A stretch of DNA of 64,000 nucleotides from an uncultured Chloroflexia bacterium (GTDB taxonomy: Bacteria; Chloroflexota; Limnocylindria; Limnocylindrales; CSP1-4): NCBI GenBank assembly GCA_963720755.1, contig CAVRGP010000015.1, forward strand, positions 448,001 to 512,000, in the 5' to 3' direction. Below, piece after piece: positions 39,365-48,392 of the stretch; the first letter of the stretch is position 1; each line of letters opens with the position of its first letter. Under the pieces are notes generated by a model. That model made no database searches. It was not told where the DNA came from and was given only the letters and a program-made list of their open reading frames with translations. A program made the position numbers and the translations under genes.

Positions 39365-40078
39365 TCAGATCCCGACGTTCTGGGGCAGGCTGAACACGAA
39401 CACCAAAGCCAGGCCGAATAGACCAGTCGCGAACGCGACCATCACGACCCGCACTCGGTAACCGTTGAACTTCGTGCCAACACCTGCGAAGAAGAGGACC
39501 GAGGCGAAGATCACCGCGAGCAACACAAAGTTGTCACCAGTCTGATTCGCCGCCCGGGCCTCGGCGCTGGACGCCTCCGCCTTGGCCTCCAGATCATCGG
39601 CGTGGGCCTGCGCCGCGGGCTGGTACTCCGGCATCGAGAACGGTGACCCGGGTGGGATCGTCCCGGCCGGGACCGTCGCGGCCCAGGCGTCGAAGGCGGG
39701 CACGAATTCCGGTCGGAACCGGTCGCGATAGAACGTCGCCAACCGTTCGTCGCCTGCGTTCTTGGCATCGATGAAGGACTGGAATAACTGGACGTCGATC
39801 ACCAGCACGCTGAAGTACTCGCTGGAGGCACGAACCGATTCCTGGCGGGCCGCGCCTGCCTGCGCATACGCGTTCGCCTGCACGCCACCCCACCGGGTCG
39901 ATTGGTAGGCGCACCACGCCGCGGCGATCGTCGCCAGGGCGAGCAGCAAGGCGGCGAGCAGCTCGATCCAGTCGGACTTGTCGAACCGTCCCGCGACCGA
40001 ATCGGCCTGGGCCTCGGCCCGCTGCATGAAGCTCGGGCCGTCCGATGAGGTCTCGACGTCCGTCGGTTCAGGGTCCAT
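39365..40078 (-). CDS. Three-TM membrane protein (DUF4337-like)
   Basis: LLALATIAAAWCAYQSTRW...GDNFVL.AVIFASVLFFAG. Confidence 0.65.
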   Translation of the reverse strand: MDPEPTDVETSSDGPSFMQRAEAQADSVAGRFDKSDWIELLAALLLALATIAAAWCAYQSTRWGGVQANAYAQAGAARQESVRASSEYFSVLVIDVQLFQSFIDAKNAGDERLATFYRDRFRPEFVPAFDAWAATVPAGTIPPGSPFSMPEYQPAAQAHADDLEAKAEASSAEARAANQTGDNFVLLAVIFASVLFFAGVGTKFNGYRVRVVMVAFATGLFGLALVFVFSLPQNVGI

Positions 40079-40410
40079 TCGATACCTCGACGCGCCCGCA
40101 CGTCCATGGATCACGCCATCCCGAGTCTTGGTCAGCCCATTCAGATGCCGACCACTGACCCTTCAATTCGTACGATATCGTGGATGGCCCGCAGGAATCT
40201 GGTTTGCGGACAGAGCCTCGGTGACGTTCCGGGCCCGAACGCAGGACACCGGTCGCGAGGGGCAGGCCTGGTTCCCGACACGCCTCGTGGCAACGATCTC
40301 TACCGGTTTCGGCCTGACGCTGAAGTGAGCACCTGGATACCTCGGTTGCCGCAGAATAGGCACGCCCGATCCACGAAGCCACCCATCGACCCTGCAGGAG
40401 ACGTAGCCGC

Positions 40411-43400
40411 GTGATCTGCCCGACTTGCGCGACCGAGAACAAGCCCGGTCGGAAGTTCTGCTCGTCCTGCGGAGCCGGCTTAGCCACGGCTTGTCCGTCG
40501 TGCGGGGCCGCGACCGAGCCCGGTGAGCGGTTCTGCGGTGAATGCGGAACCCCACTTCCTGGCTTTGGCGCCACGCAGAGTCCATGGGTTTCGGTCGCAC
40601 CGTCGAACGTCACGCCCGCCGGGTTCCCGGATGCCACCGGCGAGCCCGTCGCGGAGCGCCGTCTCGTGTCGGTCATGTTCACCGACCTGGTCGGCTTCAC
40701 GCCGTTTGCGGAGGAACGCGACAGCGAGGACGTCCGCGAGACCCTGACCCGATATTTCGACCTCGCCACTGAGGTGATCGAGCGATACGGAGGGACCGTC
40801 GAGAAGTTCATCGGCGATGCGGTCATGGCCGTGTGGGGAACGCCGATCGCCCACGAGGACGACGCTGAGCGAAGCGTCCGGGCCGCACTCGACCTGGTGG
40901 ATGCCGTTCGGTCCGTCGGGCCCGGCATCAATGCCCGTGCCGGCGTACTGACCGGAGAAGCCGCCGTCACCCTTGGCGCGACCAATCAGGGCCTCGTCGC
41001 CGGCGACCTGGTGAACACGGCGGCGCGGATCCAATCGGTGGCGCAGCCCGGGACCGTGCTCGTCGGCGAATCGACGCAGCGGGCAGCGGCCTCGGCGATC
41101 GCCTTCGAGGAGGCCGGGGCAGAGACCCTCAAGGGGAAGACGGCACCGGTGCCGGTCTGGCGTGCCCTTCGGGTCGTGGCCGAGCGAGGGGGTCGCCGTC
41201 GGGCCGACACCCTGGAAGCGCCCTTCGTCGGGCGGGATGATGAGCTCCGCCTCATCAAGGACCTGTTCCATGCCACGGTCCGCGAGGGACGCACCCGCCT
41301 CGTGAGCATCACCGGGATCGGCGGGATCGGGAAGAGCCGGCTCACGTGGGAGTTCGAGAAGTACCTCGATGGTCTGATCGTGCCGCTTTGGTGGCATCGC
41401 GGCCGATCGCCAGCGTACGGGGAGGGGATCACCTTCTGGGCGCTGAGCGAGATGGTCCGCGGCCGAGCCGAGTTGACCGAAGCCGACGATGAGCGGACGA
41501 CGCGACAGAAGATCGATGAACTTCTCGATCATCTGGACCTGGAAGAGGCGGAGCGACGCTGGATCGAGCCCGCCCTGCTCCAACTCCTCGGTGTCGAGAC
41601 CGGGATCGCGTCGGACCAGTTGTTCGGTGCCTGGCGGACGTTCTTCGAGCGTCTGGCCGCGATCAACCCCGTCGTCATGGTCTTCGAGGATCTCCATTGG
41701 GCGGATAGCGGCACGCTGGACTTCATCGACCACCTGTTGGAGTGGAGCCGAGCGATCCCTCTCTATGTGGTCACCCTTGCACGTCCGGAGCTCCTGGACC
41801 GACGGCCGGACTGGGGAGCCGGCAGACGCAATTTCACGAGCCTCTACCTGGAACCGCTGTCCGAGTCGGCGATGCGAGAGCTCCTCGCTGGCCTCGTCCC
41901 CGGACTACCCGAAACGGCGATCCGGGCGGTCGTGGGTCGCGCGGACGGGATCCCGCTCTATGCCGTGGAGACGGTGCGCATGCTCGTGGCCGATGGGCGC
42001 CTCACGGTCACGGCGGACGGGACCTACGCCCCCAGCGGGGATCTGGCCAGCCTGGCTGTCCCTGAGACCCTCACGGCCCTGATCGCGGCCCGGCTCGATG
42101 CCCTGGACCCAGATGACCGGAGCCTCATCCTGGACGCGGCCGTCCTCGGACAGAGTTTCGCTCCCGGCGCCCTGGCCGCCGTCGCAGGGATCGACGAAGT
42201 GACGCTTGAGCCCCGCCTTCGCGGCCTCGTGCGACGCGAGCTGCTGGCCCACGAGACCGATCCACGGAGTCCCGAGCGCGGCCAGTACGCCTTCGTCCAG
42301 GCGCTCATCCGCGAAGTGGCGTACAACACGCTCGCGAAGCGGGATCGCAAGACCCGTCACCTCGCGGCGGCACGCTTCTTCGAGCGTCTCGGCACCGATG
42401 AGATGGCCGCCGCCCTCGCCGGCCACTACCTCGCCGCCCGTGAGAATGCGCCTGAAGGCCCCGAGGCCGATGCGCTGGGTGCCCAGGCCCGCGTCGCGCT
42501 TCGCGCCGCAGCAGAGCGAGCTGCGGCGCTTGGTGCCAACGAACAGGCGCTGACACTCCTGGAGCAGACGTTGTCCGTCACGACCGACTCGGCAGATCGA
42601 GCAGACCTCTTGGAGCGCGCCGGCGAGGCGGCGTCTCAGGCGGGCCACCATGAGGCTGCGGAACGTCACCTGAGAGCGGCGATCGATACCCGGCGGGAGT
42701 TGCACGATCGGATCGGCGTCGCCAAGGCGACTGCAATCCTTGGGCAATCGATGAATAACGCGTACCGGCCGACGGAGGCCATCGCCTTGCTCGAGCCCGC
42801 CACCGCCGAGTTCGCCGACCTGGCCGATGACCCCGGCGTGATCGCCGCCGCGGGACAACTCGCTCGGGGCCACTTCCTGGCGGACGACAACCAACGCGCC
42901 ATCGAGGCAGCCGATGGCGTCCTCGAGTCCGCAGAACATGCGGACCTCTCGGCGATCGTCGCCGACACGCTGGTGACCAAGGGAACCGCACTTGCGAACC
43001 TTGGCCGCCCGACCGAAGGGCTCGCGCTCATCCTCGCGGGTGCCGCGCTGGCCGAGTCGATCGGCGCCGGCGTGACCCAGGTTCGGGCGGCCAACAACGC
43101 ATCCATCGTCGAGGCCTTGCGGGATCCACGGGCTGCACTCGAGACAGCTCGTCGCGGAATCCTCGTCGCCGGTCGGCTGGGGGCACGAGCGGTCGCCCTG
43201 CGCCTTCTTTCGAACGCGATCTCGTGGTCGATCCAAACCGGTGATTGGACCTGGGCGCTTGGAGAGCTCAGGATCGCGCTCAGCGAAGATCTCGAGGCAA
43301 GCGACCGCGTCCAGATGCTCGGCGCCGGGATCTGGGTCAACGCCCTGCGAGGGGAATCCACGACCGACGACCTCGCGGAGTGGGATCGCCTGGTCGGGCC

Positions 43401-43953
43401 TGACCCCGACCCGAGTGTGCAGGCGATGAAACTGTCGGTGATGGCCGATGTGGCGTTTGCCGACGGCCGTCTCGAAGACGCACGCACGCTCGGTGACCGA
43501 CAGATCGCGGTCCAGCCCAGCAGTGTCGTCGATGCGGCCGCTCGAAGCGCTCGATCCGCACTCTGGTTGCGCGATGCTCCGGCCGCCCGATCCGATCTCG
43601 ACGCCCTTGAGTCCTCCGGCATCCATGGGCGCACGATCGACGGCGAGCGGACGGCCATTCGCGCTGGGATCATGGCCCTCGAGGGCCGCAGCGACGAGGC
43701 GCTGACGACCTATCGGTCCGTCCTGATTGAGTGGCGAGACCTCGGCCTGACCTGGAACCAGGCCATCTGTGGTCTGGACATGGCGCAGTTGCTCGATCCT
43801 GCAGACCCAGACGTCCGCGCCGCCGCGGCGACATCCCGCGAGATCTTCGAGCGGCTGGGGGCCACACCGTTCCGCGATCGACTCGAAGCGGCGATTGCCT
43901 CATCGCGGCCCGCCCCATCCAGCCAACCGGTCCCCGTAGGAGACGCTTCGTGA
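40411..43953 (+). CDS. Class III adenylate/guanylate cyclase with double zinc ribbon, AAA ATPase and TPR-like domain
   Basis: CxxC x4; ERRLVSVMFTDLVGFT; KFIGDAVMAVWG; GDLVNTAAR; GIGGIGKSRL; FEDLHWAD. Confidence 0.93.
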   Translation: MICPTCATENKPGRKFCSSCGAGLATACPSCGAATEPGERFCGECGTPLPGFGATQSPWVSVAPSNVTPAGFPDATGEPVAERRLVSVMFTDLVGFTPFAEERDSEDVRETLTRYFDLATEVIERYGGTVEKFIGDAVMAVWGTPIAHEDDAERSVRAALDLVDAVRSVGPGINARAGVLTGEAAVTLGATNQGLVAGDLVNTAARIQSVAQPGTVLVGESTQRAAASAIAFEEAGAETLKGKTAPVPVWRALRVVAERGGRRRADTLEAPFVGRDDELRLIKDLFHATVREGRTRLVSITGIGGIGKSRLTWEFEKYLDGLIVPLWWHRGRSPAYGEGITFWALSEMVRGRAELTEADDERTTRQKIDELLDHLDLEEAERRWIEPALLQLLGVETGIASDQLFGAWRTFFERLAAINPVVMVFEDLHWADSGTLDFIDHLLEWSRAIPLYVVTLARPELLDRRPDWGAGRRNFTSLYLEPLSESAMRELLAGLVPGLPETAIRAVVGRADGIPLYAVETVRMLVADGRLTVTADGTYAPSGDLASLAVPETLTALIAARLDALDPDDRSLILDAAVLGQSFAPGALAAVAGIDEVTLEPRLRGLVRRELLAHETDPRSPERGQYAFVQALIREVAYNTLAKRDRKTRHLAAARFFERLGTDEMAAALAGHYLAARENAPEGPEADALGAQARVALRAAAERAAALGANEQALTLLEQTLSVTTDSADRADLLERAGEAASQAGHHEAAERHLRAAIDTRRELHDRIGVAKATAILGQSMNNAYRPTEAIALLEPATAEFADLADDPGVIAAAGQLARGHFLADDNQRAIEAADGVLESAEHADLSAIVADTLVTKGTALANLGRPTEGLALILAGAALAESIGAGVTQVRAANNASIVEALRDPRAALETARRGILVAGRLGARAVALRLLSNAISWSIQTGDWTWALGELRIALSEDLEASDRVQMLGAGIWVNALRGESTTDDLAEWDRLVGPDPDPSVQAMKLSVMADVAFADGRLEDARTLGDRQIAVQPSSVVDAAARSARSALWLRDAPAARSDLDALESSGIHGRTIDGERTAIRAGIMALEGRSDEALTTYRSVLIEWRDLGLTWNQAICGLDMAQLLDPADPDVRAAAATSREIFERLGATPFRDRLEAAIASSRPAPSSQPVPVGDAS

Positions 43954-44592
43954 TCGAATGTCAAGCCGCCCACCGCCGCGAACGGCCCCCTGCTGCTCGT
44001 CGACATCAGTGGCTATACGGGATTCCTGCAGTCGGTCGCCCAGGCGCACCAGGACGACCTGGTCACGACCAGCAACGTCCCGGAGGCCTACGACATGATG
44101 TCGAACCTGCTGGGTGGCATCGTGGGCCGACTGGTGCCGCCATTCACCTTCTCGAAGCTCGAAGGCGACGCGGTCTTCGCCTATTCCGCCACGGCGGACG
44201 ACGTCCCCCACGGGACGGCCCTAATCGATTGTCTTCATGCCTGCTACGCGGACTTCCAGGACCGACTCGAGAAGGCGCATGACATCTGGACGTGCGGGTG
44301 CGGGGTGTGCTCACGGGGCACCGGGCTCGATCTCAAGTTCATCCTCCACAGTGGGCCATTCGTGATCCAGTCGATCGCCGGCAACCAGGAGCTCACCGGC
44401 CCGGAGGTCGTGATGGCGCACCGACTCCTGAAGTCGGGCGCGGCCGATCTCGTCGGCCACGGCGCGTATGCGCTCATCACCGATGCAGCGGCCCGAGGAC
44501 TCGGCGTATCCGCCGATGGCGCACTCGCGTTGACGGAGACATACGAGCACTACACGCCGATCGAGGCGCACGTCTACCCGCTCCGCGACTGA
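43954..44592 (+). CDS. DUF2652 (class III cyclase-like) protein, start missing or frameshifted
   Basis: LLLVDISGYTGFL, SKLEGDAVF, C.C..C, LKFILH.G, HRLLK; first ATG (44095) lies downstream of the conserved N-terminal motif. Confidence 0.75.
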   Translation, partial: SNVKPPTAANGPLLLVDISGYTGFLQSVAQAHQDDLVTTSNVPEAYDMMSNLLGGIVGRLVPPFTFSKLEGDAVFAYSATADDVPHGTALIDCLHACYADFQDRLEKAHDIWTCGCGVCSRGTGLDLKFILHSGPFVIQSIAGNQELTGPEVVMAHRLLKSGAADLVGHGAYALITDAAARGLGVSADGALALTETYEHYTPIEAHVYPLRD

Positions 44593-44805
44593 TCAAGGCC
44601 GGATATCACGTCGAACCGCTTCGTCCACGTCTTCGAGGTCGCCGCCGGTCCGATCTCGATCGCATCGGGGAGGCGTCTCCAGGTCGACCTGGTCGATGCC
44701 GACAAGGGACTCCTGGCGATCCTCGTCGGCGGGTCGGTTCGCCGATGGACCTCCACGATGGCCGCTGCGAGGCCCGTGCTCGCCTCGATCACCTTCGACG
44801 ACTAG
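44593..44805 (+). pseudogene. Start-less 3' gene remnant
   Basis: Open frame ...GRRLQVDLVDADKGLLAILVGGSV..W...ARPVLASITFDD* with coding-like codon usage. Confidence 0.4.
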
Positions 44806-44932
44806 AGCGACCCGCTGTCGCTTGCCCCGGGGGAGTAGGTTGTGTGAGTCCGGTGCGCCCATGCACCTGTCTGGTCGAACGTGCCGGGGCCCGGTAGGCC
44901 ACGGACCGGTCATTCGTTAGCGAGGGAGATCC

Positions 44933-45700
44933 ATGAACCTGGTCGACACACTCAGCGAGTCGTTCAACAAGGCCGTCGCCGATATCGTGAATGCGATCCC
45001 GACCGTGGTCGGGGCGCTGCTCATCCTGCTGATCGGCTTGATCGTCGGGCGGATCGTGGGCGGTGTCGTCACCAGGCTCCTGGCCCGCGCCAACACCGAC
45101 GCGCTGTTCGCTCGCTACGCAGGAACGATCTACGGGGACGCCCCGGGCCAGTCCAAGCCGTCCGAGTACGTCGGCGCACTCGCCAAGTGGCTGATCTACC
45201 TCGTCTTCTTCCTGTCCGCCGCGAACTTCCTTGGCTGGACCCAGGTCAGCACATTGATCAACGAGTTCCTGGCGTGGCTGCCCAACCTGATCGTCGCCGT
45301 CATCATCGTGATCGCAGCGCCGGTCATCGGCCGCATCCTGCGGACCGCGATCGATGCGTCGGGTGGCAGTCTCGGACTCTCGAACACGGACCTGCTTGGC
45401 CGGATCGCCGAGTTGGCGGTCATCGCCTTCGGCGTGATCATCGCCCTGTATCAGGTCGGGATCGCGTCCGACCTCGTCAACATCCTGTTCATCGGCCTGG
45501 TCGGCGGACTTGCCCTCGCCTTCGGTCTTGCATTCGGCCTCGGCGGTCGTGCCGTCGCCGAGGAGATGTCGCGCAACTGGTATGCGAGGTCGCTTGAGAT
45601 GGCCGCGCACATCAACGATGCGACTGACGACTCTGCCCGATCGGCGACCCCGTCGCAGCAGCCCCCGCAGGCCCCGCGCCCACCGATGCAGGGCGCCTGA
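44933..45700 (+). CDS. Mechanosensitive channel family / TM_helix (CmpX-like) protein
   Basis: IP.VVGALLILLIG..., WLPNLIVA, ALAFGLAFGLGGR. Confidence 0.85.
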   Translation: MNLVDTLSESFNKAVADIVNAIPTVVGALLILLIGLIVGRIVGGVVTRLLARANTDALFARYAGTIYGDAPGQSKPSEYVGALAKWLIYLVFFLSAANFLGWTQVSTLINEFLAWLPNLIVAVIIVIAAPVIGRILRTAIDASGGSLGLSNTDLLGRIAELAVIAFGVIIALYQVGIASDLVNILFIGLVGGLALAFGLAFGLGGRAVAEEMSRNWYARSLEMAAHINDATDDSARSATPSQQPPQAPRPPMQGA

Positions 45701-45768
45701 CCGTCTGACCTCAACGTGGCCCCGGCGCGTCTGACGCCCGGGGCCACCGCCCGGTCTATCCTGCCCGG

Positions 45769-46740
45769 GTGACCCGCCAGCGCATCCCGGATGACATCCT
45801 CAGTGCCGCACACGCACGCGCCCGGGCTCGGGCCTCCCACGACTGGGCCGAAGCCGATCGAATACGCCAGGAGATCGAGACGGCCGGCTGGAAGATCGCC
45901 GATCGGGGTACCGACTTTGCCCTGACCCCCGAGACGCCACCCGACGTCCTCGACGACGGCCGGATCAGGTACGGGTCGAGTGCGAGCGTCCCCTCCCGCC
46001 TGGACGAGCAGGCAACGGGTCGCGCAACGATCGTCTTGATCGCGTCGGACGACGCCGCCTGGATCCCGCGGGTCGTCGGTCCGTCGGTCGCGATGCCCGA
46101 TGGAGTCTCGGTCGTCGTCGTCGCGGACGATCCCCCCGACGAACAAGCCGTCATCCTTGACAGTCTCATCGAACAGTCGCGACTCGATGGCGCAGCCCGG
46201 CCGGTCGAGGTCGCGTGGACGAGTGAACCGCTCGGGATCGGAGCCGCCCTGAACATCGGCATCCGGCGGTCGGCGGCGCCGGTCGTCATCGTCATCGACT
46301 CGAGCATCGAACCCACCGGTGACTTCGTCACGCCCCTGGTGCGGGCGCTCGACGATCCGACGACCGCCGTCGTAGGCCCGTGGGGGATGGTCGCCACGGA
46401 TCTGCGCCATTTCGCGCCGGGTCCGCCCGGGGCGGTCGATGTCGTCGACGGCGCCCTCCAGGCGTTTCGGCGCGAGGATGCAATGACGCACGGCCCCGTC
46501 GACGAGCGATTCCGAACGTCGCGCAACCTTTCCATCTGGTGGAGCCTGGCGCTTCGCGATGCGGGCGAAGGTGGCCTCCACCGGCAGGCCATCAGCCTGC
46601 CAGGGCTTCCGGTCGGCCGCACCCTGCATGACGGACGCCGGCCGGAGCCTGACCGAGACCGAAGCCGGGATGAGCGGCGCGACTTCTACCGGATCCTCGA
46701 CCAATTCGGATCCCGCCGGGACCTCCTGATCAAGCCGTGA
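45769..46740 (+). CDS. Fusion of CysRS C-terminal-like helical domain and GT2-like domain
   Basis: AR.RAR..HDWAEADRIR.EI..AGW.I.D; LGIGAALNIG; VIDSSIE; DERFR. Confidence 0.65.
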   Translation: MTRQRIPDDILSAAHARARARASHDWAEADRIRQEIETAGWKIADRGTDFALTPETPPDVLDDGRIRYGSSASVPSRLDEQATGRATIVLIASDDAAWIPRVVGPSVAMPDGVSVVVVADDPPDEQAVILDSLIEQSRLDGAARPVEVAWTSEPLGIGAALNIGIRRSAAPVVIVIDSSIEPTGDFVTPLVRALDDPTTAVVGPWGMVATDLRHFAPGPPGAVDVVDGALQAFRREDAMTHGPVDERFRTSRNLSIWWSLALRDAGEGGLHRQAISLPGLPVGRTLHDGRRPEPDRDRSRDERRDFYRILDQFGSRRDLLIKP

Positions 46741-48337
46741 CCTGGGCCTTCGCCGTGGCCGCCCGTTCGTCCTGGTGTTCCCAGACGGTCTTGAGCGGAT
46801 CGCGTGGCCCCAGGGCGATGGCCGCGATCGGTGCAGCGATCAGGGTGACGATCCCCGTGCTGAAGAGCACGGTTCGGACGGCGTCCGAGTACGCAGTCGC
46901 GTAGGCGGCCCCGTCCGACGGATCGATCCCGGAGACGAGGGCGCCGTACTGGGGTAGGCCGATCGCCACCAGGATGCTGTGGAACGAGTCCACGGCCGTC
47001 GCGACCTCGGCGGGGGTCGAACCGACCAATGACGCCGCGTAGGAGTCGAGGGCGAGCCGGGTCACGAGAAGGGTCACGACCACCAGACCGGCGCGAGCCC
47101 CCAGGGCGACCGACACCTCGTTCAGGGCCGCGGCGGTCGCCGGCAGGCCACGCGGAACGCTGGCAAAGATGATCGCGGTCCGGACCGTCGTCGCGATGAC
47201 GAAGCCTGCACCGATGAGCAGGAACGCCAGGGCGAACCCCGCGTACCCGACACCTGGTCTCAGGACGATCGCGATGATGACATTGCCCAACCCGACGGCG
47301 ACCACCCCCATCGCGATCAGTGAGCGCGGTCCGAACCGCCCGAGGAGGATCCCGGCAACCGGCCCGGCGACCACCAGCGCGCCCATGAACGGGATGGTCG
47401 CGAGCATTGCCAGAACGGGTCCATAGCCGAGGATCAGCTGGAAGTAGACGGGCACCTGGAGGAGCGTGGAAGCCTGGGCATAGGCGATGACGAAGCCGAC
47501 GAACAGCGCCGTCGCGACCGCCCGGCGCTCGACCCGGCCGCCGATCGAACCACGATCCCGTCGTCGGAACTCGACCACGAGACCGCCGATGATCAGGGCT
47601 GCGCCGACGATCGTGAAAGCGATCCGGACGACATCCGCGCCGGAACCCTGGAAACCGAGGAGGCCGGATGCCAGCACCACGATCCCGAATGCCCATGTCG
47701 CCGTTGCCAGGATCGGCCAGCGGTCATTCCGCATCGGGGACGGCAGATCGTGCCAGGATCCCCGGGCGACCCACAACGCCACGATGGCCGACAGGGCGGC
47801 GGCCAGGTAGGCAAGCCAGGTCGGTCCGGTGGGACCGAAGAGCGTCAGCAGCACCGGGCCGGCCGCCATCGCCGCCCCATAGGCTCCATACGCGATCCCG
47901 ATCGCCGTAGCGCGTGGGATGCCCTGGTACCGGGTGGCCACCCCCGCCAGGGCCATCGGGAGGACCACGCTGGCGCTGCCCACGCCGACGAGTCGGACGA
48001 GCACGTAAAGCACCCCGTCCGTGACGAATAGACCGAGGATCCCGGTCGCGGCCATGCCGGCCAGCGCGACCAACATGATCCGTTTTCGACCATCGGCATC
48101 GCCGAGGACGCCCCCGAGGAGGAGCATCCCGGCGCCGATCACCGCGCCGATCAGGAGGAGTACCTGGGTATCGTCGTTCGAGCGGACGGCGGACTGGACG
48201 CTGGCCAGGCCGGGCGCGAAGGCTCGTGGGGCGAGTCCGGACGCGAACAGGGCCAGGCACGCAGCGACCAGCATGCTGAGTGCGCCCGCGTCCCTGCTCA
48301 GGTCGCGCAGGAATCCTGGGATCGCGACACGTCGCAT
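46730..48337 (-). CDS. MFS transporter (DHA2-like)
   Basis: GGVLGDADGRKR motif A; about 14 TM segments. Confidence 0.85.
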   Translation of the reverse strand: MRRVAIPGFLRDLSRDAGALSMLVAACLALFASGLAPRAFAPGLASVQSAVRSNDDTQVLLLIGAVIGAGMLLLGGVLGDADGRKRIMLVALAGMAATGILGLFVTDGVLYVLVRLVGVGSASVVLPMALAGVATRYQGIPRATAIGIAYGAYGAAMAAGPVLLTLFGPTGPTWLAYLAAALSAIVALWVARGSWHDLPSPMRNDRWPILATATWAFGIVVLASGLLGFQGSGADVVRIAFTIVGAALIIGGLVVEFRRRDRGSIGGRVERRAVATALFVGFVIAYAQASTLLQVPVYFQLILGYGPVLAMLATIPFMGALVVAGPVAGILLGRFGPRSLIAMGVVAVGLGNVIIAIVLRPGVGYAGFALAFLLIGAGFVIATTVRTAIIFASVPRGLPATAAALNEVSVALGARAGLVVVTLLVTRLALDSYAASLVGSTPAEVATAVDSFHSILVAIGLPQYGALVSGIDPSDGAAYATAYSDAVRTVLFSTGIVTLIAAPIAAIALGPRDPLKTVWEHQDERAATAKAQVTA

Positions 48338-48392
48338 GCCGTGGATGCTACCCCGCGGGGGCATCTCGGCGAGCCGACCTATACTCCCGGCG

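Noticed and set aside
43951-43953. Selenocysteine TGA
   Set aside because: Lies in a linker, not a Cys-equivalent catalytic position; no convincing SECIS hairpin follows
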